Shown here piece by piece: positions 9,939 to 18,524 of a stretch of DNA of 32,000 nt. Numbering within the stretch: the stretch's first letter is position 1; every line of letters begins with the position of its first letter. The notes under the pieces are model-generated. The model did no database searches and was not told the origin of the DNA. It saw only the letters and a program-made list of their open reading frames with translations. The position numbers and the translations under genes are program-made. The stretch is from positions 1,500,001 to 1,532,000 of the forward strand of contig JAIZWK010000001.1 in assembly GCA_021498095.1 (NCBI GenBank), given 5' to 3'. Origin of the DNA: Candidatus Harpocratesius repetitus. GTDB lineage: Archaea; Asgardarchaeota; Lokiarchaeia; Sigyniarchaeales; Promethearchaeaceae.

Positions 9939-10015
9939 TTCAGAAATTAAAAATTTTTAAAAATAAATAATATAAAATCAAATAAACAAAAAAGAGAGAT
10001 ATGTAAGGTGATCAG

Positions 10016-11281
10016 ATGCGTAAAAGAGCCGAAAAGCCACCTCGGATAAGAAAACGTCATTTCCGTAGAGGATGGCAGCATACTCACGCGCAATTAAATC
10101 AACTGCTTATTAATTCTTTTTTATCTTCCAAAGAAAAACACAATTCTGCAGAATGGCATGAGAGCAATGGTCAAAAATATTTGGAAATTAAAGCATCTGA
10201 TTATTATTCTCTTGGTCTTATTGAAGGAACGGAATTAGGTTCTAAAATTCGCGCTTTAAAAATTATAATTAAGGCAATTGCTGCAAAAACCCGACATTCC
10301 GGCTATCATTATAATCGATTCTTAGAAATGGCGCACGAATATGAAAATTCTATTCCAGATGAATATTTGAGGGACAGTGAAAAAATCGGTACTTTTATTG
10401 ATGAAGTTCAAGGAATGGCTGACGCACTCAAAGGTATTACCTTTGAAGATGTTTTTTTACAGAATTGCTTTATTGATATTGTTTATGGAGAATTGATTCC
10501 GTTCGGTGCGAAAATTCCTCAAGATTACGAATTTGGTTGTACATCCATTGGATTTTATCAAAATAAGCAAATGGTTGAGCAACCTTCTATTTTCATTGGT
10601 CAGAACTTTGATTTCAATCTTACTTTCAAACCAACCCTTTCTTTTGTGTTGCATAAGGTGGCTCATCATCCACGCATTTTTAGCTTAAGAATGGGAGGCA
10701 TGTTAGCATTACCAACTGGTTTGAATGAATGGGGACTCCGTACATGTATAAATGTTGTTAAATCTACCGTTTCTGCAGGATATACTATTCCTTCTGGTGT
10801 TTTAGCCCGACTTGTATTCACATATTGTTTTGATACCGAATCTGCATATAACATGGCTTATCAACAACCTGCTTCTAATGGTTACAACTTAATGATTGGT
10901 GATTTTCGGCAATTGGTAGTATGTGAAACACTACCTCAGGAACATAATCGGTATGATATTGAATCTTGGTTTGTTACCTCGAATACCTTTATTGATGCGA
11001 AATTTCAGCAATATTTACTATTACCAAATTATTCGAAGGAACGACAGCGCGTAGCAGAGCTAATGGCTGAAGAAAGTTATCAATCTGGTGTTCATATAAA
11101 AAGTATTATGGAAATTCTTAGTAAGAAACCAATAATTTGTCGAAATTCGCTTAATTTAGCAGAGTCGAGAACACTTGCTTTTATTTCTAATGATTATTTT
11201 GGATTGGGAAATCCAGTTGATCATCCATGGGGTTTTATCCCATTAGAGCCAAAAGATTCAAAAAAAAAAGAATTTCATTAA
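10016..11281 (+). CDS. Peptidase C45 family Ntn-hydrolase (acyl-CoA:6-APA acyltransferase-like)
   Basis: DEVQGMADAL, G/CTSIG (candidate autoprocessing Cys nucleophile), GQNFDF, GLNEWGL; SD AGGTGAT at 10006-10012. Confidence 0.8.
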   Translation: MRKRAEKPPRIRKRHFRRGWQHTHAQLNQLLINSFLSSKEKHNSAEWHESNGQKYLEIKASDYYSLGLIEGTELGSKIRALKIIIKAIAAKTRHSGYHYNRFLEMAHEYENSIPDEYLRDSEKIGTFIDEVQGMADALKGITFEDVFLQNCFIDIVYGELIPFGAKIPQDYEFGCTSIGFYQNKQMVEQPSIFIGQNFDFNLTFKPTLSFVLHKVAHHPRIFSLRMGGMLALPTGLNEWGLRTCINVVKSTVSAGYTIPSGVLARLVFTYCFDTESAYNMAYQQPASNGYNLMIGDFRQLVVCETLPQEHNRYDIESWFVTSNTFIDAKFQQYLLLPNYSKERQRVAELMAEESYQSGVHIKSIMEILSKKPIICRNSLNLAESRTLAFISNDYFGLGNPVDHPWGFIPLEPKDSKKKEFH

Positions 11282-11309
11282 AAATAAATTGTAAATTCCT
11301 TTAAATTTC

Positions 11310-11333
11310 TTGAGAATTCTCAATATATATTGA
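11310..11333. terminator. Two overlapping perfect 14-bp palindromes in a convergent intergenic gap (possible terminator or binding site)
   Basis: TTGAGAATTCTCAA (11310-11323) and TCAATATATATTGA (11320-11333). Confidence 0.3.
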
Positions 11334-11338
11334 TCGTG

Positions 11339-12460
11339 TTATAATTCTTTAAATGTAAATGCAATTTTACATGCGCCTTCATGAGAAACCATACATGGAC
11401 CGATCGGGTGTTGTGGAGTACAAGATTTCCCAAATAATGAACATGCTTTTGGTGGTATTTTTCCAATTAATACCTCATTACATGAACATCCAGGTGGCAT
11501 CTTAGGGTTACTTTCCACTTTAATTCCAAATTTACGCACTGCATCATATTCTTGATATTCTTTGCGTAGTTCATATCCACTTTGTGGTATTTTGCCTATA
11601 CCCCTCCAAAAACTGTCTTTTACTTGAAAAACTTGAGATAAAAATTGCTGGGCTTTAATATTTCCTTCATATTTTACAACCCGTGTGTATGTATTTTCAA
11701 CAGTTGCTCGATTTTCTAGAATTTGTTGAAGAATTCCATGGATTGATATGAGCATATCATTCACACCAAATCCACTTATCACCATTGGGGAATGATACGT
11801 TGATGCATAATGAACAAAGGGTTTTGCCCCAATTATGGCACAAACATGACCTGGAAGAATAAATGCATCAATATTTAAATGTGGAATTGACAAGATAACA
11901 TCCATAGCTGGTGGTACAAGTTTGTAAACACAAATAATACTAAAATTTTTAGGTGGTTTCATTGCAATTTCAAAAGCAATTAGTGGAGCAGTTGTTTCAA
12001 ATCCAATTGCAAAAAACACTATTTCTTTAGATGGGTTCTGTCGAGCCATCTCTACAGCATCATGGGGGCTGTATACTACTTCTACTTGGGCACCTTGAGC
12101 TTTAAGTTCAAGAAGTGAATAATTTGATGAAGGAACCCTCATCATATCACCAAAAGTGGTTAAAATAACGTTATCACGCTTACATAACTCCACAGCAATA
12201 TCAATATCAGATGCAGGGCAAACACAAACGGGGCAGCCAGGACCAGAAATAACACGAATGTTAGAAGGAAGTAAACTGCGAAGCCCATTTTTTGCAATTG
12301 TATATTCATGCGTTCCGCAGATATGCATTATAGTGATAGATCGATTAAGTTTAGCTGCGTCTTCATGAATTTTTTTTAAAATATCTCGACTTAAGCCGAT
12401 ATCGTCAACATCTGAGACATCTTTGGGTTGAACCATAAGATTATTAATTGCACGATACAT
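11339..12460 (-). CDS. hypD: Hydrogenase maturation protein HypD
   Basis: MHICGTHE, SGPGCPVC, GFETTAP, LPGHV and C-terminal Fe-S motif CSC...ACSLFGKSCTP..PIGPCMVSHEGAC. Confidence 0.97.
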   Translation of the reverse strand: MYRAINNLMVQPKDVSDVDDIGLSRDILKKIHEDAAKLNRSITIMHICGTHEYTIAKNGLRSLLPSNIRVISGPGCPVCVCPASDIDIAVELCKRDNVILTTFGDMMRVPSSNYSLLELKAQGAQVEVVYSPHDAVEMARQNPSKEIVFFAIGFETTAPLIAFEIAMKPPKNFSIICVYKLVPPAMDVILSIPHLNIDAFILPGHVCAIIGAKPFVHYASTYHSPMVISGFGVNDMLISIHGILQQILENRATVENTYTRVVKYEGNIKAQQFLSQVFQVKDSFWRGIGKIPQSGYELRKEYQEYDAVRKFGIKVESNPKMPPGCSCNEVLIGKIPPKACSLFGKSCTPQHPIGPCMVSHEGACKIAFTFKEL

Positions 12461-12483
12461 AAATCTCTTTGGAAAATTCTAAA

Positions 12484-12493
12484 TTTATATATA
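12484..12493 (-). promoter_or_regulatory. Putative TATA box of hypD (leaderless geometry)
   Basis: TATATATAAA on the minus strand at -33 to -24 from the hypD ATG. Confidence 0.5.
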
Positions 12494-12536
12494 CTATCAG
12501 TAGAGAATTAAAAAAAAGGTCTCCCTAAGATAAAGA

Positions 12537-13085
12537 TTAATCTCCTATTTCTAAACCCATGCTAAGCGTTGTATAGAACTTTCCTTTAATATAAAGAACA
12601 CGAGAAATTCGCCCTTCTTCTATAAATCCCATCTTTTTGTAGAGATTAATTGCTGCTGTATTATCTTCACGCACTTCTAAATTGATTTTTTTAACAATAT
12701 TGCTATTATATGCCCATTCAATCAAATATTTCATTAAAGCTTCGCCAATTCCCAAACGCCAGTATTTTTTCTTAACTGAGATTCCCAAATTTCCTGCATG
12801 TTTAGTTCGAGGTCTATTTCCACAATGAATATCTGCCAAAGCCACGATTTCATTCTCAATTAAGGCCACTACAAAGATATTATTCTGTGTTATATTTATT
12901 TTTGAAATAAATTTTCTTTCATCATCGACAGTTTTATCAAATTCGCCTGGTCCAAAAGTTAAATTGTCAGATTCTCCAGCTATCTGATTAACATATTCAA
13001 GTATCGCTTTAGCTTCATCTGGAATAGCAGGTCTAATAAGTAACGTCTTTCCATTTCTTAATTCTACAGATTTTGATGGATACAT
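12537..13085 (-). CDS. GNAT family N-acetyltransferase (RimJ/YhbS-like)
   Basis: KKYWRLGIGEAL acetyl-CoA motif; LEVREDNTAAINLYKKMGF. Confidence 0.92.
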   Translation of the reverse strand: MYPSKSVELRNGKTLLIRPAIPDEAKAILEYVNQIAGESDNLTFGPGEFDKTVDDERKFISKINITQNNIFVVALIENEIVALADIHCGNRPRTKHAGNLGISVKKKYWRLGIGEALMKYLIEWAYNSNIVKKINLEVREDNTAAINLYKKMGFIEEGRISRVLYIKGKFYTTLSMGLEIGD

Positions 13086-13164
13086 ACCTTTTTATAATAA
13101 AAATGACGAAAAAAACATTTCGTTTTGACTTCTTTTTTCTTTTCAAAGTAAGAAATTAACCAAA

Positions 13165-14472
13165 TTAAAGAGTTCTATCTTTAAATAGAAAATATTTAAT
13201 TGCTGGAACAACAAATATTGTTTTATTTCTAATTTCATGGTTTTTAGTTTGTCTTAACATAATTGTCCTTTCTTCTTTCCATGATATGATAAATCCTTTA
13301 TCAAGATTGAATTGTTTCATAAATTTTTCAATTCCTTTGGTGTGAATTTTCCCAAATTTAATCTCAAAGGGCAAAATTTCTTTATTTTTACTAATAATTA
13401 CTGCATCTACTTCATTTTGTTGTGTATTTCGCCAGAAAAATTCTGCTTGAAGTAATTTCACTACCATCCATTCAAATATCCTTGATTTTGATTGGATATC
13501 TTTACCAAAAACAAGATCAACAGAAACTATACTTGGATAATAGCGTTTTTTTTTTCTCTCGATCTTTCGTTGATCTCGGGAAAAATTGTATATTTTTCTG
13601 ATTAGAAATGAATTTTCAAGATATGAAAGGTATTGGGAAATTGTTTGTCGTGATCTTCCCAAATCTGCAGCAAGATTGCTTGGTTCAATAATTTGGCCAG
13701 GATTATTATAAATTAACTTTAGTAATGATTCTAAAAGAGAAATATCTCGAATATTATAAGTGTATGGTATTTCTTTAAAAAGTATTTTCTCCAATAAGCT
13801 CTCTTCTAAGTATTTTTTTATTATTTCTTTATCTTTAATTCCTACAAGTTCAGGAAATCCTTGTGTTTGTAAAAATTCTTGCCATAATGATTGCAATTCA
13901 TGAATATATAAAGAAATTGGAGAATAATTATCCAATTGTTTCCCTTTAAACGTTAAGTATTCACTAAATGTTAATGGTTCAACTTTAAACAAGAATAATC
14001 GTCCTGCTAAAGTCTCTTTTGATGATTTTTGGATAAATAAAGATTCTGAACCAGAGAGGATTATTTTCATTTTTGGATAAAGATCATAGAATGTCTTAAT
14101 TTGATTTTCCCAATTTTCCATTTTTTGAATCTCATCCAGAATCAAAATTATTTTTTCATTTCGGCAATTAACTTCTGTTAAATTTTCAAATTCAGAGATA
14201 ATTAATTCTAACCTTTTGTTTTGAAATTCATCAAACGAGAAATACAATATATGCTGAGTCGAAAACCCTTTAGAGATTTCATTTTGGATTATTTTCTTCA
14301 TTATCATGGTTTTTCCGACACGACGAAGACCGATCAACGCAATTATCTGCTTCATTGGGAGATATTTTTCAATTTCTTGAAATATATCTCTGTATTTAAA
14401 GTCAAGATTGAAATTGGATGGATCTTTCCACCAAGGATTTGCTCTAATCATATATTCTGAGATCTCAATCAT
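13165..14472 (-). CDS. AAA_14 ATPase with wHTH and C-terminal DUF4143 (PD-(D/E)XK-like) domain
   Basis: Walker A GLRRVGKT; Walker B LILDEIQK; SGSES; LAGR; HTH-like LAADLGRSRQTISQYL; C-terminal EVDAVI...PFEIK. Confidence 0.9.
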   Translation of the reverse strand: MIEISEYMIRANPWWKDPSNFNLDFKYRDIFQEIEKYLPMKQIIALIGLRRVGKTMIMKKIIQNEISKGFSTQHILYFSFDEFQNKRLELIISEFENLTEVNCRNEKIILILDEIQKMENWENQIKTFYDLYPKMKIILSGSESLFIQKSSKETLAGRLFLFKVEPLTFSEYLTFKGKQLDNYSPISLYIHELQSLWQEFLQTQGFPELVGIKDKEIIKKYLEESLLEKILFKEIPYTYNIRDISLLESLLKLIYNNPGQIIEPSNLAADLGRSRQTISQYLSYLENSFLIRKIYNFSRDQRKIERKKKRYYPSIVSVDLVFGKDIQSKSRIFEWMVVKLLQAEFFWRNTQQNEVDAVIISKNKEILPFEIKFGKIHTKGIEKFMKQFNLDKGFIISWKEERTIMLRQTKNHEIRNKTIFVVPAIKYFLFKDRTL

Positions 14473-14514
14473 TTTAATCGAACGGAATAATTCTTTGTTT
14501 AATCATTCTAATAT

Positions 14515-14604
14515 TTGTGTTATTTATAGTTAACATAATTTCTAATTTTATGTTAATTATATCTAACAAAAAATAAATAATTATGTTAATCATAAATAAC
14601 ATAA
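14515..14604. repeat. Three 24-bp palindromes TTATGTTA-N8-TAACATAA at an exact 33-bp period
   Basis: 14515 TTGTGTTA-TTTATAGT-TAACATAA; 14548 TTATGTTA-ATTATATC-TAACAAAA; 14581 TTATGTTA-ATCATAAA-TAACATAA. Confidence 0.85.
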
Positions 14605-14699
14605 ATTTCATAAATAAATAATTAAGTATTTTAAAAATCTTGCTCATTTTAAAGATTTAAAATTCAGAGGTTTTTGGAAAGAAAAATATGAAAAAAGAT

Positions 14700-15740
14700 T
14701 TAATCTTTGACTTTCATCTCTGACTTTGTTGGTTCTTCGTCTTCACAAGCATTATAACACGAATCTGCAAAGACGCATCGATATCCTTCCTGTTCTATCT
14801 CAATTGTGCAATGTTGACTGTATGGAGCAAGCTTATTACGAATAGTTTCCCTCAAAGTTGTTATCTCTTCTGGATTACACAATGTTGTAACTGCATGAAG
14901 CGTTATTATATGATTTTCTCCATCAAGCGACCAAATATGAAAATCATGAATATCTGAAACTAAAGGAATGGTTTTAAGCTTTGCAATTATTTCAGTAGAT
15001 TCTTCGTCAAATGGGTTTTTCATTAAAATTATGCGAAATATCTCAATTAAATAACCCGCGGCTTGATAAAGAATAAAAGCTGCCAAGATAAATGAAAGGA
15101 TGGTATCGAGAAGGGGAATATATATAAACATCATAATTCCACCAGTAATTAGAACTGCAATCCATCCAATCATATCTTCTAAAAGATGAAGTGTCACAAT
15201 TTTTTCTGAATATCCATTTCGTTTTCGCAGGCGCCACATTGAAAAGAAATTTACCGCCACACCCACAATTGCCATAATAAAAATTCCTGTTGGTAGAACT
15301 TCTTCAGGTGCGAATATACGTTTAATACCCTCTGTTATGCTGTATATAGAGCCTGCAATCAATGAGATTGCAGTAAATATTGTTCCTAATGTCTGAAAAC
15401 GCTGGTATCCATAAGTATACTTACGATCGGGAGATTTTTTACTATATTTTGCCAAGCCGTATAACAAGCCCAATGATAAACTATCTCCAAAATCATGAAA
15501 GGCATCTGTTATAATGGCAATACTGTTTGTGAACCAACCTCCAACAAATTCAAATAATGTGAAGAAAAGATTTAGGAAGAAGGGTAATCCTAATGAATCA
15601 ACAGAATCTTGAGTATGTGAATGTCTGTGTGAATGTCCATGTGAATTTTTGTGCGAATGTTCGTGTGAGTGTTCATGTGAGTGTTTGCATGAATCTCCAT
15701 TTAAATGTCCATGCTGCTCACTATGCAATTGTCTATTCAT
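14700..15740 (-). CDS. czcD: Cation diffusion facilitator (CzcD/ZitB-type Zn/Co/Cd exporter) with His-rich N-terminus
   Basis: TM2 HDFGD and TM5 HLLED (HD-HD site A); YTYGYQRF; HDFHIWSLDG; overlaps the ArsR stop by 8 bp. Confidence 0.9.
   Translation of the reverse strand: MNRQLHSEQHGHLNGDSCKHSHEHSHEHSHKNSHGHSHRHSHTQDSVDSLGLPFFLNLFFTLFEFVGGWFTNSIAIITDAFHDFGDSLSLGLLYGLAKYSKKSPDRKYTYGYQRFQTLGTIFTAISLIAGSIYSITEGIKRIFAPEEVLPTGIFIMAIVGVAVNFFSMWRLRKRNGYSEKIVTLHLLEDMIGWIAVLITGGIMMFIYIPLLDTILSFILAAFILYQAAGYLIEIFRIILMKNPFDEESTEIIAKLKTIPLVSDIHDFHIWSLDGENHIITLHAVTTLCNPEEITTLRETIRNKLAPYSQHCTIEIEQEGYRCVFADSCYNACEDEEPTKSEMKVKD
15617..15688 (-). repeat. Six 12-bp coding repeats encoding HSH(x) units
   Basis: Plus-strand units GTGAATGTCTGT, GTGAATGTCCAT, GTGAATTTTTGT, GCGAATGTTCGT, GTGAGTGTTCAT, GTGAGTGTTTGC. 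Confidence 0.8.
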
Positions 15741-16092
15741 TTTTTATCTCAATTCCTTGTAAAATGTGAAGATGTTCTTCTAAACATGATAATGTTTTAT
15801 CACAACCATCTCCTCCGCGGATGTGCTGAATAGCATCCGCTAATATGTGCAAAACATGAGTATCTGCCAACGAATAATATCGATGTTGTCCCTCTTTTCG
15901 GAATTTTACCAAATGATTCTCTTTCAAAATATTCAATTGGTATGTGATACCTGGAAGTGTTATTTCACCAATGTTCATTTGAATATCCTTAACAGATCTC
16001 TCTTTTGCAAAAAGAAGTAGCAAAATTTTAATCCTAGTTTCATCTCCAAGCACTGAAAAGAAAGAAGAAATGGTGCGAGAATAAATCTTCAT
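15733..16092 (-). CDS. ArsR/SmtB family metal-sensing repressor (CzrA/SmtB-like)
   Basis: FSVLGDETRIKIL, ITYQLNILKENHLV, RKEGQHRYYSLADTHV; translationally coupled to the CDF gene. Confidence 0.92.
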   Translation of the reverse strand: MKIYSRTISSFFSVLGDETRIKILLLLFAKERSVKDIQMNIGEITLPGITYQLNILKENHLVKFRKEGQHRYYSLADTHVLHILADAIQHIRGGDGCDKTLSCLEEHLHILQGIEIKNE

Positions 16093-16096
16093 GAGA

Positions 16097-16119
16097 TTAA
16101 GTACGGACTTAACTATATA
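16097..16119 (-). promoter_or_regulatory. Putative ArsR operator palindrome plus TATA box
   Basis: TTAAGTAC|GGACTTAA (16097-16112, 7/8 arms) lies between TATATA (16119-16114, minus strand) and the ATG at 16092. Confidence 0.55.
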
Positions 16120-16231
16120 TTTTTTATTGTTATTAAAAATTAAAAAAAATGTCTTCGAGCTAAATTAAATGAATCTCAAAACTGAAAAATTATGAATTTT
16201 TATATTCTCATGGTGCACTAGGAAAATTAAG

Positions 16232-16858
16232 ATGGGTGTAATCAGCGTGGAAAATAAGATCGAAACCGCAGATTTATCATTTGATTCGCATTTTAAAAAA
16301 ATGAACTACTACTTAGCTTCGATTGGACTAATTATTGTAGTTGCTCTAATTGTAATCTTTATTGATAGTCCTCAACTCCAAATTTGGTCTCTATTAGCAG
16401 GTGCAGCTGGATTAATCTATATTTCATCCCAAGTGATAAAATATGGAAGTTATGATCGAATTAAATTTGGGAAAGCAGGAATTTTCTTAGAAAAATCTAA
16501 ATCAGCCATGCCCAAAGATGTAATACTATTAGATGACATCGATAATTTTGAATTGTACATTCGGAAATCACGCATAAGCGCCAATGAGACTAATGAAAAT
16601 AAAGAAAATGATGAAAATAAAGAAAAAATCAAAATCAATGAATCAAACGGAAAACAAAAAACACAAGATTTTAAATATTGGTTAGAAATTCTAATTGTAA
16701 AACGTTTGGGAGAACGAGTTCTAATCGATATGCAAAAATTCATATCAGGAACCTTTGAAAATATAATGGAAACCGCACAATTGATTGAAAAATTTGTTAA
16801 AGAAAGATATCATCTAGATGTTGAAATTATCAAGACAAATTTTAATTCATTTCAATAG
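16232..16858 (+). CDS. Hypothetical membrane protein (2 N-terminal TM helices plus a soluble domain)
   Basis: Two hydrophobic segments at about aa 27-68; internal NENKEN/DENKEK duplication. Confidence 0.6.
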   Translation: MGVISVENKIETADLSFDSHFKKMNYYLASIGLIIVVALIVIFIDSPQLQIWSLLAGAAGLIYISSQVIKYGSYDRIKFGKAGIFLEKSKSAMPKDVILLDDIDNFELYIRKSRISANETNENKENDENKEKIKINESNGKQKTQDFKYWLEILIVKRLGERVLIDMQKFISGTFENIMETAQLIEKFVKERYHLDVEIIKTNFNSFQ

Positions 16859-17112
16859 ATTGAGTAAAAAATCAAAGTTTTTGATTATTCAATCTGAAAT
16901 TTTATAGATTTTATAGATTAAAATACTGTAAATTAATATTACAAACATTTCACTTTAGCATCATCATATTAATTACTTCACTCGTTTGAACCATCCATTT
17001 TTTTATCTCTTATTCTATATTCTACTTCTTTTGCGCTTTTCTTCTTTATCTATCAAATCTTAATTTCACTTTTGAAAGCAAAAAATTTTTGAACTGTTTT
17101 TTCCACTAAAAC

Positions 17113-18333
17113 ATGAGTAAAATGAAGTTCCGAAAGTTACAAACGATGAACAAAGAATGTTCAGTGTTGGGATTTGGTTGCATGCGTTTACCCACAATTG
17201 GTGAAGGGGATGTAAGACATATTGACGAACCAAAAGCGATCAAGTTGATTCGCCAAGGAATTAATCTGGGTATAAATTACATTGATACTGCGTGGCCTTA
17301 TCATAATAAAGAAAGTGAGTCTGTAGTGGGAAAGGCACTGCAAGATGGATATAGAGAGAAAGTGGTGTTGGTTACTAAAGCTCCGATTTGGGAGTATAAA
17401 GAACCTGCAGATTTTGAGAAATATTTAAGAAAACAGTTGGAAAAATTGAACACTGATCATATCGACATTTATCTGCTTCATGCTTTAAATAAAATGAGAT
17501 TTCAGCGTGTTTTAGATTTAAATGTGTTGAAAGCAGCTGAAAAAGCTAAAAAAGAAGGTTTGATTAACTACATAGGGTTTTCTTTTCACGGAAATTATGA
17601 AGTATTTTGTGAGATATTAGATGCATATTCTTGGGATGTCTGCCAAATTCAGTTTAATTATATGGATATCAATTCACAAGCTACTGAAAAAGGATTGCTG
17701 TATGCTGGAACTAAGAATATACCTGTAATTGTGATGGAACCATTATTAGGTGGAAAATTGGTTCGAGAAACTGAAGAAACTTTAGAAATTGTTGCTGATG
17801 CCCCAACTCATAGAACTCTCGCCGAATGGGCATTTCAGTTTGTCTGGAATTATCCTGAAGTAAAAGTTGTTCTAAGTGGGATGAACACTGAAGCACAACT
17901 CTTAGAGAATGTTCAAAGTGCGGAAAGTTCTTGCCCAAATTCTATGAATCCTATTGAATTCGAGGTTATTGAAAAGCTACGATGTGCCTATCAAAATCTT
18001 TTTGCTGTTCCGTGTACACGATGTGAATATTGCATGCCCTGTCCTTCAGGAGTAAATATTCCTATGAATTTGCTGGTATTAAATGAAGCTGCATGGACGG
18101 GTTCAGCTGATTCTATGAAAGGTTGGTTTGATTCTTTTGCCCAAACGCCGGAAGAATTAGCTGAAAAACCGAATAATGGTGCGGCACAGTTATGTGTAGA
18201 ATGCATGGCATGTATAGAAAAATGTCCCCAGGGTATTCAGATCCCTGAAGAATTAAAAAAAGTCGTTGCAATCTACAAAGAACAGAAAGATCCTTCATTA
18301 GTATTTAAATCTGAAAGAAATAAAAGAAATTGA
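17113..18333 (+). CDS. Aldo/keto reductase with C-terminal 4Fe-4S dicluster (COG1453-like)
   Basis: LGFGCMRLP, NYIDTAWPYH, DIYLLH, IGFSFHG, VMEPLLGG; CTRCEYCMPCP and CVECMACIEKCPQ. Confidence 0.93.
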   Translation: MSKMKFRKLQTMNKECSVLGFGCMRLPTIGEGDVRHIDEPKAIKLIRQGINLGINYIDTAWPYHNKESESVVGKALQDGYREKVVLVTKAPIWEYKEPADFEKYLRKQLEKLNTDHIDIYLLHALNKMRFQRVLDLNVLKAAEKAKKEGLINYIGFSFHGNYEVFCEILDAYSWDVCQIQFNYMDINSQATEKGLLYAGTKNIPVIVMEPLLGGKLVRETEETLEIVADAPTHRTLAEWAFQFVWNYPEVKVVLSGMNTEAQLLENVQSAESSCPNSMNPIEFEVIEKLRCAYQNLFAVPCTRCEYCMPCPSGVNIPMNLLVLNEAAWTGSADSMKGWFDSFAQTPEELAEKPNNGAAQLCVECMACIEKCPQGIQIPEELKKVVAIYKEQKDPSLVFKSERNKRN

Positions 18334-18524
18334 AAGCAAAATGACATGTAAAATTGTGCTAAATATTCTAGAGCGAGTAATCTATTGAATCTTTTTTACT
18401 TTGAAGTCCAAAAAATTCTAAAACAATTCTCAACTATTCGACAAAAAAAATAAATAACAATTAACCCATATTGTCTAGTATTTGCATCAACGAGAATAAA
18501 AGAAATGGATACTTGGATAATTTT

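Noticed and set aside
10016-10080. Twin-arginine signal in the C45 protein (HFRRGW)
   Set aside because: No hydrophobic h-region follows the RR.
14515-14604. Xer/dif site (TTATGTTAA matches the XerD arm) or CRISPR mini-array
   Set aside because: In the dif orientation the arms are 9 bp apart, not 6. Spacers of 9 bp are far too short for CRISPR, and no cas genes are present.
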